Below, one piece after another: positions 44,345 to 60,395 of a stretch of 64,000 bases of DNA (position 1 is the first letter of the stretch; each line of letters opens with the position of its first letter). A program made the position numbers and the translations under genes. Source of the stretch: the human T2T-CHM13v2.0 reference genome, Homo sapiens; assembly GCF_009914755.1 (NCBI RefSeq), contig NC_060938.1. The stretch is one strand, 5' to 3'. The notes beneath the pieces are model-generated. The model made no database searches. It was not told where the DNA came from and worked only from the letters and a program-made list of their open reading frames with translations.

Positions 44345-44850
44345 TGAGGAGTGGAGGCAGGGGAGCTATTTTAGTTTGGGTGGTCAAGGATGTGACGTTG
44401 GGATTAAATCCTAGATGATGAAACCGAGCCAGCCACGTAAGATCTGGGATCACAACAGCTGGGGCTATGCTCCACAGCAGAAATGGCCCTGCTGTGTTCA
44501 AGGACTGGAAAGCAGGCCAGTTTGGCTGGAGACTGGTGAGTGAGGAGGAGACTGCAGGGCTGTGAGTAGACAGGAAGGCAGGATTCATATAGACCCGATT
44601 TAGGATTGTGTTCTAGGTGCAATGGAAGCCATTAGGGGGTCTGAACATTGTAAGATCACTCTGGATGTGGGGTCGTGAGTAGTTGGGGACAAGTAGAGGG
44701 AGACAGGGAGATTAGTTAGGAGCTAATGCCATGCCAGTCAGCCATGTCAGAGAGTGGGGTGCCTGGTGCCTAGGGGGTAGTGGGGATGGAGGAGGTGGAG
44801 CCTGCTGGTTTTGCTGACAGATACAAAGGATGGGGAGGGGGCAGGAGGAG
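44345..44850 (-). mobile_element. L2 fragment
   Basis: ctaggtgcaatggaagccatt, aagatcactctggatgtgg motifs of L2. Confidence 0.65.
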
Positions 44851-45009
44851 TCAGGGAGAGATAGGACTCAAGGACTATGTGCCCTCCTGGCTCTGTCATT
44901 TACTAGAGGTATGACCTTGGGCAATAATCTCTTCTCTCTCTGCTTTACTATCCTTTATAAAATGAGGAGAGTAATTTCACATTTTCATATGGTGGTTATG
45001 AATATATCA

Positions 45010-45890
<881 letters not shown>

Positions 45891-45892
<2 letters not shown>

Positions 45893-45902
45893 TATCTATC
45901 TA

Positions 45903-45958
<56 letters not shown>

Positions 45959-45966
45959 TCCATCCA
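45891..45966. repeat. Compound STR [TCTA]3[TCTG]9[TCTA]5[TCCA]2
   Basis: Read directly. Confidence 0.95.
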
Positions 45967-46309
45967 CCTGTGAAATAGTGTGAATATACTGACACGTTAT
46001 TTATATAGTTAAAAATAAATTCTAAAAATATACTAACATAGTAATAAACTTAGCAGTGTCAGCAAGACTTTTAAGTTAAAATGTGTCTTTGGGTCTGATT
46101 CCCAGAACCATGAGCCAAGAACTAAAGTTTGGGGATCTGCAGATCTTGGTCACTGTATCCTGCTATGCATTCAGGGCTCATCAGTTACATCATTTTGAAC
46201 CCAGGAACTTGTTTTTCAAGAACATTTGTAGATAAAAGTGAGTCTCATTTCTTAATAGTTCACAAATCACTTTTATAATTAAGAGCAGTGCCTTTAAGAC
46301 ATAATCTCA

Positions 46310-46631
<322 letters not shown>

Positions 46632-46646
46632 AAAAATTATCCAACA

Positions 46647-46970
<324 letters not shown>

Positions 46971-47039
46971 TCAGCACTGCAAATTAAACCACCAGGACTT
47001 GAAATTTCAGTGATCCTATTTTTGCATACCACAGCCCAG

Positions 47040-48715
<1,676 letters not shown>

Positions 48716-50214
48716 GAAGAGTCCGACCTCTTTCCACCTGGAGAAGAGACCTGGGAGTCCGCATCATGTGTCAGCACAGGGAATAGTGAGAAAGAGCCTC
48801 GTGGACACAGAGCTTGCCAACAGCAGCCCCAGAAGAAAAGGAAAGCATCTTCTTCCATCAGTTCTGGCCTCACAAGACAGAGAGGAATGAGCAGGGGTGG
48901 AAGGTAGCTTTGTAAGTGACACAGTGATGTACCTCTGACCCTATTTTGATACTAGTTACATTAAATCAGTCCTAAATGGCCTTTTGGAATCCCCAGTTGA
49001 TGAAATTTATTTCTCCTTTGTTTCATGTGCCACTCAGGATCTCTTGAATTCGTGAAATTTTTATTAAGAAAGCCTCATACACCAAAAAACAACGTGTGCA
49101 CAGACTCCATAGCCTCTCTGCTAACACATTGCTCTTGTATATCAGGAAGGTCTCCAGCATCAAAGTGAGTCAGTTATTGCACAGAGTCCCAACCTTGCCA
49201 GCTTTTTGCCAAATGGTCACCATCCTGTACATCCTTCCTTCCTGGAAGTGATAGAAATCTCTATGGCTATTTTTGCTACAAGGAGATTATGGCACAACAT
49301 ATGGAGTCCTTACTCTCCAGGGGCAAAAGAAAAGTCTTGTCTTTGCTTAAGCAAGTCACACAGTAGATGCCACAGGCTTAGGGCAACTGTGTGTCTGCAT
49401 GATTCATGGGGGACTGCACGGGGGAGCCGCAGCACACGGAGCAGCTGGTCTTAGCAGCATACTAACCTGATGTTTCCCACAAACGTTGCGCATGGAATTT
49501 CCCCCATTTGTCATGCTGAGTTGGCTCTGTCAATCCTATACAAATCCCTGCGTGCATTAATATTTCCTTGAGCCAGAGCAAAGGAATTCTAGAATATTGG
49601 CATTCTGAGGGTGAATAGTGATGGATATAGTAAACTTTTAGCATTATGGATATTGTCATCTTAAACAAAATAAACATGAAAGAAAAAGAGAAGTTATGAT
49701 AAATTATCAGAGGCTGTTTGTTAAATTCCCTGATTTAAAAGCATCTTCCTCTATAAGTCCTCGGTTTAAAAACAAGAATCAACAAGGAACAAGATTTGTC
49801 TATAAGTAAAACCGTTTCTGTTGCTATTTTTTGAACAACAAGAGACATTTCTCTAGGAGATTAAGCCAGTCGTTTATCATGTTGTTTCAGGGAAGAGTAT
49901 ACTCTGAGTTATAATGTAATACCCAGACTAATTTATCTCATCATGGAAACTATTTACAATAATTTCTGGCCTAGCTAGAAATTGAAAAGTTCATTTTATT
50001 ACCTGAATTCAATGTATACCGATGTTCTGAGAGAGTGGACATTCGGCAGTTAGTGCTATTTTAAATGGTGTTGTTGAAGAGAGTTTACTGCCTAAATTAA
50101 ACAGGTTGGTTTTGCTTCTTGGCATTTATTATTTTTTTGAAATCTGACCAAGTTTAGGTTTATTAACCTTAGGGCACAGAAACTCATTTGTCTCACTAGA
50201 TGCCTGAGCAAGGT

Positions 50215-50445
50215 TGGCATGCTAGAGAGAAAGGACATGGTTTAGCAGATCCATGGACCATGCCATTTGGTACTTATTGACCCCAGCAAATTACTTTAAT
50301 CCCTCCAAGCTTCTATTTCTTCATCTCTATTGTGGGGAAAATAACCTGCATCACAGAGTTATGTCAGAATCCATAAAATATTATATGTAAAGTTCTGAGC
50401 ACAGTGCCTGTTGCATGGGGGCACGAAATAACCGGCAGCTGTTAT
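50215..50445 (+). mobile_element. MIR SINE
   Basis: gcaaattactttaatccctccaagcttctatttcttcatct...tgtaaagttctgagcacagtgcctg. Confidence 0.65.
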
Positions 50446-50973
50446 TGTTGCTGCTGCTGCTGTTGTTACAATCTCCTCTAGCCTGCAGTCATGGAGATGT
50501 AAGAAACATGGTGGCTGAGCCTGGTGAAGTTTCTCAGCATCTCTGTTTCTTGCATGTGTCTCACACCCTTGTCTAAAATGCCTTGCTCTCATCTAACCCA
50601 GAGTTCTCTCTCAACTAAGGCAGCAGGGTTGGCGTGAGGGGGGCAAAGGAGGGAGGAGGAAGGCAACCAGCCTCACAAGTGGGGGCCACTCCTCACAGCC
50701 ACGAGCAGCTGGGCCACATGCAGCACTGGCAGCCCAGGTGGCCTGTTACGGCGGGCAGTACTTCCCTTTGCCTCCCTTCGGAATCTGTCAGCACTTTTAT
50801 GTGGAGTCTTCATCCCATGTTCAGCCCTGGGGTTTTAAGGTGTTTCTCCTTTGCTTTGGGATTTCAAACATGGCAGCTCATAGCACTGTACTGTCATTTC
50901 TCCTGGATGCTAGGGATGCCTGCTACTTGCCTACCTCGAGCAGATGTTCTGAATGTCAAGTCAGCATTGCTTG

Positions 50974-50975
<2 letters not shown>

Positions 50976-51009
<34 letters not shown>
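50976..51009. repeat. (AC)17 microsatellite
   Basis: Read directly. Confidence 0.97.
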
Positions 51010-51011
<2 letters not shown>

Positions 51012-52289
51012 ACACACCACTGTTACTAGTTCTGCTATGTCTGGCTCATAGACAAGGATGTAAAGAAGCAGTCTAACATTCTGCCATTGACAAACTACTC
51101 CTTTTTAAAATGCCAAATTCTTGTAATTCTGCTTATTTTCAATAGGCTATGTCTGGCCAAAATGTCTGCTTGAATTGGCTAATTAAACCAAAATATCTAT
51201 GTTTGATAAAAAAAAAAATAGCCTTGGGATTTTGTTTGCAGTGTACCCTCAAATCACCATCTGCAAGTCTGTTACTCCAAGCAAGTCAGGGAAGAGTAGC
51301 TTCTGTTGGCCCTCCCCCGAAGAAACAAAACCAAACCTACAACCAGGCCTTTACTCTTTCCCCAGAAATGGTTTTCCCTCTTCCTTCATCTCCCAGCGCC
51401 CTCGTGTCTCTCTCTCAACAGTACCTGGAAGTTTCGTGCTATGAGATTTTTATGTTTTACTCTGGGTTTGTAAATCCGTTTCATAACTGTAAAGATCTGT
51501 AGCTTATCTCTAAAATCTCTTATCTGTGTTTGGGATATAAGAGGTCCCTATTGACACAGAATCAATTATTTATTGATTTAGAAGAAGAAAAATGCAGAGT
51601 CGCAGAGACATTGTCAGGATTTATAGATCTCATTTTGGTTGATGGGACTCACTGCGGGGGAAACCTGTGCTGAGTGGAAAGGGCTCCTTTTCCAAATTTA
51701 TGCTATTCTGGTTCGATTCTGGAGAAGCCGGCAGTTTTGTTTGCAGACTTTCTGGTTTTCATTAGCAGTCTGGTGGTAACAGCTAGCTTTAGCTGCTTCT
51801 TCCTGTCACTGCTCACGGGAATGGCGCTGAATGCTCGGAGGTGGCACGAGGCTTTGGGGATGGCAGCAGCTTCATCAGCATGCCCTCACCCCAGCCCTCA
51901 ATTGTCACAGCAGCAGGTCCTGCCTCCGAGAATGAGAACATTGCTGATTAGTGTGCCTGGTGCACTGGGCAGGCCGTGGGGAGAGAGAATGCTATGGTAT
52001 ATCTCCACTGATTTCCCAACAATTACATTCTCCCTGCTTCCTACTGGACTTCCCCTTACACACAGGCTGCATCTTGTCTTCCATTATCAAGAGTTTCCTT
52101 TTGGTCTTTCACACTAGGAGTTCACAGGTTTCTTCTCAGTGTCTGTAACTTCATTCCACCTCCTGCTCTTGAGCTTCACCTCTCTCCAATTCACCCTTTC
52201 AGTCCTGCTCAATAAAAGCTCGGCTGTTCCTCCTTAATGCCTTTATCCTCTCATTCAGCAGTCTGTTGAAAACTGTGCACTCAGAGGGA

Positions 52290-52465
52290 ATTCCACTTAA
52301 TGATGACTTGAACTCTCTAGGCTTTAACTTGTTTTCTCATCTGTAAAATGGGGATAATGGTATTACACACCTCTCAGGGCTATTGTCAGGTAAAACAAGA
52401 TAATACATATAAAGTGCTCAGATTAATGCCAGATACATAGTTATCAGTAAAGGCATTATCATCAG
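52290..52465 (+). mobile_element. MIR SINE
   Basis: gttttctcatctgtaaaatggggataat core. Confidence 0.8.
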
Positions 52466-52975
52466 TTTCTTCTTCATCACCAACATCTCTAGGCATACTC
52501 TGGGTCTATAAGCAGGGACCACCTGTACTTTTGGTGCTATGAGTATATGTTTAGCCCTACAGATCACAACCTAGTCTTATTTGAAACTCATTTAATGTGA
52601 TGCCAATTTCCTGTCCTATCTTAATTCTAGATTCTCAAAGAATAGTCTCTTTGTCTCTTTTTTTCTTTACTGCTTCACTACACTCGTGCGTTCACTACAT
52701 TAAAGTTTACAAAGCAGTATTAAAAATCTTGTTGCATTTAGTCCACATAGTGGCATATGAGACATGGAGCATTTTACATATGATAGCATTGCAGACCCAG
52801 AGAGTACATATTTTGCTTAAGACAACCCACCATTAAGAGGCAAACCCAATATTCACACTCAAGTCTTCTGACTCCAAGTCCAGTATAGTTTTTTTCTATG
52901 TGGAACAATTTTTCTGTGGAGAATCAGTGACCTTTAATTTTCTACACAGGCTTTTATCAAGAAGTCAGTAAGTTT

Positions 52976-53279
<304 letters not shown>

Positions 53280-55564
53280 AGAAGTCAGTAAGTTTTAAGT
53301 TCTTGGAAGGTAGATATTAGTTCTAAGTCTCTCACTAAGATGCTTATGTCTAGTCATGTATCAGCATGATGGCTTGAACTGATTTACTGGATTTCTTTCC
53401 TGGCATCTCACTAAGGGCAGGGGACTAAGGTCATGATAATGTGGAGGAGGCTTTCTCTAGGCTGGGAAAGTAGTCCTAGGGGAGCACAGACTACTTTGTT
53501 GACTGAAGGGGACTTTGTTCAATGAAGAGTTACAGTGTATACTCTGGGAATTGGTGGTGGGTAGAGGAGACACAAAAGTGGAAGCTGGTGTTACAAACCC
53601 GACATAAACTGCTGCTCTCAAGTTGGTCTGGCATCGGCTCTCCATAGAATTCTTTTGAATTCATCCTTCCCTGTAACTTCTTGTCCCTGACTCTGCCCTC
53701 AAATCTCCAGGCAAATCCTTGCCTTTCAATGTGGTTTGGATAGCAATGGGCACTGAGTTCATCTATCCATTCATGTACTGATTTGTGGAGATTCATTCAG
53801 TACCAGCTATGTGCCTGGTACTGTGTTCATCACTGAGATAACAGGAATGAAAGATCCCGTTGAGTGGATGATCCAGCTTCCTGGTATCAGGTTGAGGGGA
53901 CTGGGAGAAGCAGAAGGGATGGAGAGTCGGACGAAGAGAAAAGCGTTCTTAGTCAAGAGGAAGCGAGTCTGCTGTAACCCAACCTGCAGACCCTGCATGC
54001 GTGAACATGGTGTGATCAGCCTGTGAACATTCATAAACACTGAGAGCTGCGTTACACAGTGTCACTGGTTCACCAGAACCTCTGGATGACAGAGAGCTCA
54101 GCAGTGAGCCCAATATGTGGGGTAATGGTGCTTGGAAAGCCCTGGACTGTGAGGGAAACAACCTCCCTTTCCTCAAAGGTCTCAAGGCAACTTGCTGATT
54201 CAGCTCCGTCTTTGCTTCCTCTAATATTTGGATAGAAAAGCAGATACTCAATAAGAATAAAGAGTTGAATCAACAAGGCAGGAGGGGGAAAGTCTTTAAG
54301 ACAACAGGCAAGGGCCAGGGAGTTAGAACCTGGCTTCAAGCACGCCATCTGCTGTTTACTCAATTCACTTCTCTTTAAAACATCTAGGTTTGAAAAAGAA
54401 CTCTAAGGGGGACAGAAAAGCATACACCTTTCCAAATGGTCTTCCCCGATATGGAGCTCACTGAGTAGCCTCATGATGAGCCTAACTCAATACAAACAAA
54501 CTGCCTGTGAAGCTTCTCCTCCACCCAGTTGTTGGTGAAAGCAAATGCATACCTCCCATCTTTGATGCTTAGGTTTCAAAAATCCAAAGCTGTTCTTTTG
54601 ACTTTGTCACTAAACCAGACATTGGCAAATGTCAGTCCTTTTATGGAAGTACCAGCCTTGAGCTAGGAGGTCTCCTAGGCCCGGAGATCCTCAGCAGCCC
54701 ACTGTCAATAGGTGGTTGTTATCAGTTCCAGTAAACATTTTTAAATATCCTGGAAATGCCTCAACAGTGGACCTAGATATTTCCCTTTCAGCCGGTAGGC
54801 AAGAGTCGGTATGCTCTTTGAAGTTTTGCGGTGTTATAAGACACTCAAGAAAAATGTGTGGTAAAGTATTCTAGGTATGTTTAAATTGTCAGTTATTGCT
54901 TATTCTGTTTGTGCCTTCAAAGAATGTTTTTGTTAAGGAAGTCACAGGGATTTGACTTACTTCTCCCTGACTGAAGAGAATAGTGGAAGACTGCCTCCAG
55001 ATTTGAAAAGAAATTAGTCACAGGTTTTTTTTGTGTGCTTTCAGCCTGGAGAACAGACGCCTTTCCACCAAAGAAAGAAGAAAAGAGGGGCTCTAATGTA
55101 GGGCAGGTGGGAGAGAAGGGCTTCACACTGGGCGGGGAAGACTGTAGGTCCAGGAGGGACTCGGTAGAACAAATGCTTATTGCGGACAGCTGGGAGAAGC
55201 AGTCAAAGGTCATTTGGGTGATCTGGAAGTTTCAGGGCAAACCACTGGGAAGGCCTCTCTTGACTACCGGCTGTGATTCAGGGTAAGCTAAAAACAAAGT
55301 CTACCTTTTGTTTAGGAAACTTTGCCATTTTCCAGCATTTTCACACACATTTCTTGAATCTGAGCATCTCAGCCCTTACTGCTAAGGAGAATGGGACAGA
55401 GAGGTGTATCTTGTCTAAGGTTACTAACTTGTGGTAAATGCAAATCTTCTCAAAGATGGGCACTTCTAATCAAATTTGGGGGTTAAATACCATACTTCTA
55501 ATAGATTTAAAATAGAAATTAGGTTCTAAATTGCACCTAGTTTATTAATTTAAATGTTGACGGG

Positions 55565-55800
55565 TAATAGCTAACTATTATTGGGCACTTGTTACGTACC
55601 AGGCACCTGGCTATGTACTTGACAGAAATTCGTTCATTTCACCTTCACAACACTAGTAAGTAGGTAGATGTTTTTAATCGCCACAGTGCAGGTGAGAAAA
55701 GAAGACATAAAGAGGCTACATGCAATTAGTCACACAGTAATTAGAGGAGTCAGATTCAGGTAGAAAGTCCCAAGTCCAAGACCCTTCCATCACTGCCTCT
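55565..55800 (-). mobile_element. MIR SINE
   Basis: aatagctaactattattgggcactt...ccaggcac...cttcacaaca...gcaggtgagaaaa. Confidence 0.6.
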
Positions 55801-56366
55801 GTGTGGAACCTCTGCATGGCCCTCGGTAAGGGAAGGGTTTAATTCTAGTGTTCAGCTTTAATTCTAATGGAGTTATGTTTTTGTAAAACCTGTAGTAAGT
55901 TAGTATGATTCAGATCTTAAACACATGAGTGGTGTTGCAGGACATGTGACAGGCAACATGATATGATTTTTTTAAAAAGCATAAATTGAGAAGTCAAAGG
56001 ACTGAGGGCAAGTCTTGCCTTCAGTATCAGTAAATTGGATGGTGTGGGAAAATCTCTTAATCTCTCTGGGCCTCCGTTTCTTCATTTGCAATGTGGCTAA
56101 CTTCTACCACTACCAGATGAGAATCTACTGGTATCTGGTGATAGTGTACTCAAACTGTTAAAAAAATAGTTATCTGAAATGGCGACCTGAAGTTCTTAAG
56201 TGACATTCAGTGTGATGTGTACCAAAGGTTGATGGTGTAATAATATGGATTTATTATTTTTAAGTTAATTTATTTCTAACTGGTGTAGTTTTAAAAATTA
56301 TACAAAATATGTATGAAAATAAATTTGAATAGGACCCAAGGACTTAAAGTGAAAAAGGTAAAGTTT

Positions 56367-56492
56367 GGACAGTCACAGTGGCTCACACCTACAATCCCAG
56401 GACTTTGGGAGGTTGAGGCAGGAGGACTGCTTGAGCCGAGGAGTTTGAAACCAGCCTGGCAATATGGTAAGATCCTATCGCTACAGAAAACT
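56367..56492 (+). mobile_element. FLAM (left Alu monomer)
   Basis: gtggctcacacctacaatcccaggactttgggagg...ccagcctggcaatatgg with no right arm. Confidence 0.8.
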
Positions 56493-57559
56493 ACTTTTTA
56501 AAAGTAGTCTTACTTCTCTGCCATGCCTATCCCTATCCCACTGTTCAGACATAACTACTGTTAAGGTTTCTTCTTTCAGAAATTGGAGCCATATATAACT
56601 ATGCAATATCTTTTACATTAATTTACGAAAGACTCTGCTCGTTTCTCTAAATTATCTTAATTACAAAAATATGTGACTCTAAGTCTTGCTTAAAAAATAC
56701 TTCAAAGCCTGTTTTTTTAAAAAGCATAAGACCTTAAATTTATGCATATTGAATTTTATTTCCTTCCACTAAAATATGAATAAGGCACTCTGCTGGAGAA
56801 TATATTTGAATTGTGAAAATATAACTGTCAACATTATGGAAGCATCAAAGTATTAAAATAAGCTTTCATTTTGTTTTGGATCTTTTAAAACATGACAACA
56901 AAAGTCATTTAAGGCATTGTTGCTTATAAGTCATTTTGTGTGATTATTCATGCGATCCAGAATACTTCTCTGTTTCCCTCTGAGTTTTGACTGTTAAGAA
57001 ATGTTATGTCTTGAAAAACATCTGAAGAGGGTTGCCTGTATCTTTCCTTGCCGTTTTTTATATAGTCAGTGGGAATTTGTTACATAATTCTGTGATTCTT
57101 TTGCTTCGCAAAATTATTCTTTTTTCAAATAAGGAAGTGTTAGAGGCTTTCCTAAACTAACTGCAATACTCCATCTTTTATGTGGTTATTTCATCTCTCA
57201 TTGTAGATCAATAACTCTTCCTATGGAGGCCAAGTAAATTAAACCATATGGTTTTGGGCCAGGAGTTTTCTTTGTGATCGACAAAATGAATAATTAGGGT
57301 TCGCTTTCTCCACATGGCCCAGGTTTGTCACAGAGGCCCTACTTCCTAGGCGCTGCTGAACATTATGTGATTCCATTAATTGTCATATCAGAGAATTGAG
57401 TTATAGTGAGGAAGGCTGAGTCCATATTATGTGTCAGTGCAAATGAGAGCCAGTTGAAGCTTTCTCAGTACTACCTAAGAAGAGGCCTAATGGCTTCTCT
57501 GTGGAAGCTGCCCCCAAACAGAGGGCATAAATGCAGCCCAGGTGTACTTCCCGTGCTCT

Positions 57560-57711
57560 GGCACCAGAACATCTGTAGGAATTGTTCAAACACATTGGTG
57601 GGCCCCGCCCTCAGAGTTTGTGATGCAGTAGATTGGGAGACCCAAGCATTTGCAAGTTCCCACGTGATACTGCTGCCATTGATCCAGGGTGCACACGTTA
57701 AGAACCACTGG
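57560..57711 (-). mobile_element. MER5A fragment
   Basis: gggccccgccctcagagttt...gcatt...caagttccc...aagaaccactg. Confidence 0.7.
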
Positions 57712-58389
57712 CCTAGCACATTTAGAAGCCGTAGCAAGAGAAGAATGGATGGCCAGTTAGGCAGAATTAATGTACTGGCTTTGGCTTTTGAGTCCATATA
57801 GCCACCTCTGAATTTCAGCTACTGGAGGTAGGGAGAAAGAGCTCATGCTCCAAATGTGTGGACTGTTTGTGCCTATTTCATCAGTTCACTGGGAGAATGG
57901 GCCTGTAAGCACTTAATGCAAAATAATGCCTACATGTGCTTTGAATTAGAACTCTTCTTCTTGTTTTGTTTTTCAAATTTTTAAAAAGACTAGTATGATT
58001 AGTTGTATCCTGCCCGTTTAACCACTTTCACATTTCACTTTTAAAATGAAATCACCCTGCTTGCATTTAACTAATGGAAACTTATTCAACCTGCCAAACA
58101 AGGTTCCACTATCCCTGAGACAAATTTTCCAAAGGGCTGGAAACTCAATGCAGCTTTTATACAAGAAACAGAATGGAAATGTTCGAATTTATGTTACTTT
58201 GACACATATTTTCCAAGGTTTGATATTTAAGTAATATCTATTACATTGTATCTGAAGGCATTCATTTGACTCTATAAGACAAGTACTTAACATTTGGGAT
58301 ACCTTTTCATCTTGCTTTTAACTTCCACAAGTATTATTTAAGTTTATCTTGTTTATAATAATTTTAAATGTTTGATACGTTATTATCAT

Positions 58390-58630
58390 CATCAACTAAT
58401 ATTAATGAGTGGTCATTATGAACCAACCATTGCTAATTGATTTGCAGGTGTCATCACGTTTAATCATCACTTCTCTGTAAGGAGGATAGTTACCATTTTC
58501 TCTCTTTTACCAATACTTAAACTGAGGATGATAAGGGATTAAATAATTGTCCCAGGTCCCCGGCTAGTAAGTGGCAGAACAGTTCTAGGCCTGGGTAACT
58601 CCAAAGCCTAACTGCTTCCCCACTATGTTA
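58390..58630 (-). mobile_element. MIR SINE
   Basis: aaactgagg...ttaaataattgtcccaggtcccccggctagtaagtggcaga. Confidence 0.7.
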
Positions 58631-59029
58631 TCACCCTTATGAAAACACACTTTTTAAAGAGCTTTCTGTGCTTGGCACCATTCAATATTGGTTCTGCCCC
58701 TAAAACCATTCAATCTAAAATAGTCAACATGTTAAGTACATTGACTATATGCTCATGCATAACAGCTGAGCAGAATAAATATTTACTCTGCGTAGAAGAG
58801 AAGTTTTATGAAAGGGAAGTCATGTTTATGTGGGATAGGGAGACGGGTGTGTAATATACCTTTTCCTTAAAATTAGGGTGGATCTCAGGGAGGAATATTT
58901 TAGGACCTCCTTAAAATTGAAACATGAGGTCTTAGTAAAAAATCAGGTTCAAAGGGCTGATTGGGTATGGAATTTACTCTCATAGATTTTGTTGTGGGAA
59001 TTGAATAGGTTTGCCAGAGGGGATAGGTT

Positions 59030-59272
59030 CTGTACTATCCAGTAGAACTTCCTGAGCCCTACAGCTGCGCTGTTGATAAAAGTGTTGGGTTGTATAAAAT
59101 GTTGAGTTGATAAATGTATGGGGGATAAATGCATAAAAGTGGAATGCCCTACAGCTGCACTGTTCAGTAGGGTGGCCACCAGCCACATGTGGCCCTTGAG
59201 CACTTAAAATGTGCTTAGTGCAGCTGAAGAACTGGATTTTTAATTAATTGCAATAGCCACATGTGGACAGTG
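59030..59272 (+). mobile_element. MER3 hAT-Charlie fossil with internal insertion
   Basis: tccagtagaacttcctg, ccagccacatgtggcccttgagcacttaaaatgtg, aatagccacatgtgg. Confidence 0.8.
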
Positions 59273-59794
59273 GAAGACAATAGGAGGATTAAGTGGGAGG
59301 GGAATGGAGGCTGACTCCCTGGCACCTGTACATGGATATAGACAGAAACTTTTGTGAGACTTCTGGAAGGATACTTGTTATAGCAATAGGAGGAAACTAA
59401 GGGCAGCTGGAAGAGGTGTGGGGTTTCAGTGAGGAGATGACCAGGACAGGCACAGGACTCTGAATAGAGGCAGGAGGAGGAAAGGGCAGATTGAGACTTC
59501 AGTGCTGGGGAACACGGGAGGATTTGGCAGCCAACTTATTGTGGGTTGAAGTACAGTGAAGGTTGGCAGCTACTTCAAGGCTTCCAGCCTAGTGATGGGG
59601 GAACAGCTCCTTTTTGCATTGTCTAATTTGTGCTGGCATAGGAATATCTAGCTTGAGACACCTTGTAGACAGAATGTGTATCCTGAGGCTGTATCAGAGA
59701 AGCAGGTTGGTAGATGGATCAATTTAATGTTTGCAGAGTGGTAGTATTTAATTCATGTGCACAGATGATATTCAGAGTTGTGTGTTTGAAAAAT

Positions 59795-60395
59795 AGTAGA
59801 GTCAGTGTGACTGGAATGGATTGAACAAGGCAGAGTGTGGTAGGAAATGAAGTTGGAGAGGTAACCTTGTAGGCTCTGGGGCTACCAGGAGCTGTGTGGG
59901 TCGTGTAAAACTTTGGGTTATGTTCTAGATGTGATGGGAAGTCTCTGGAAGAGTTGAGAAGGAGAATGAAGGCGCTTCATTGACCCTTGAAAATGACCAC
60001 TCTGAATGCGGCACAGAGAGTAATGAAAGAGTAAGTGAGGAGGTGGGGGTTCATTTAGGTTGTTTCAGTACACCAGGTGGGAGAGGCGGTGGCTCAGACA
60101 GGATAGCAGTGGCAGCTGTGGAGACAAGTGGTTGGATTCTGGATAAATTGTGAAGGCAGAGTCGCCTGGATTTGTTGTTGAATGAGATGTGTGGTGTGAG
60201 AGAAAGAGGGGAGTTGAGGATGATTCCAAAGTTTTGTCCTGAGCAACTGAGTGGTATCATTGACTGAGATGGGAACACTGAATGAGTACCAGGTTTCCAA
60301 ACAAGATAAAGTTTTGGACATAAGCTAGACATGCCCGTTAGATGTCCTAGTGAGGCTGTCGAGTAGGATTTGAACATGTGATCCTGGAGCTGTCT
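59795..60395 (-). mobile_element. L2 fragment with ORF2 (RT C-terminal) remnant
   Basis: ORF 60051-60398(-) contains NFGIILNSPLSLTPHI...LCLHNLSRIQPL, matching the L2/CR1 motif NLGVILDSSLSF.PHI. Confidence 0.8.

Noticed and set aside
51674-52117. 147-aa ORF in unique GC-richer DNA
   Set aside because: Non-ATG start, no recognisable domain, no good donor; more likely regulatory DNA or chance
56490-56508. Inverted repeat actactttt-t-aaaagtagt at the FLAM end (also agctatgcatagct at about 12100)
   Set aside because: Short palindromes of this size are expected by chance in 64 kb
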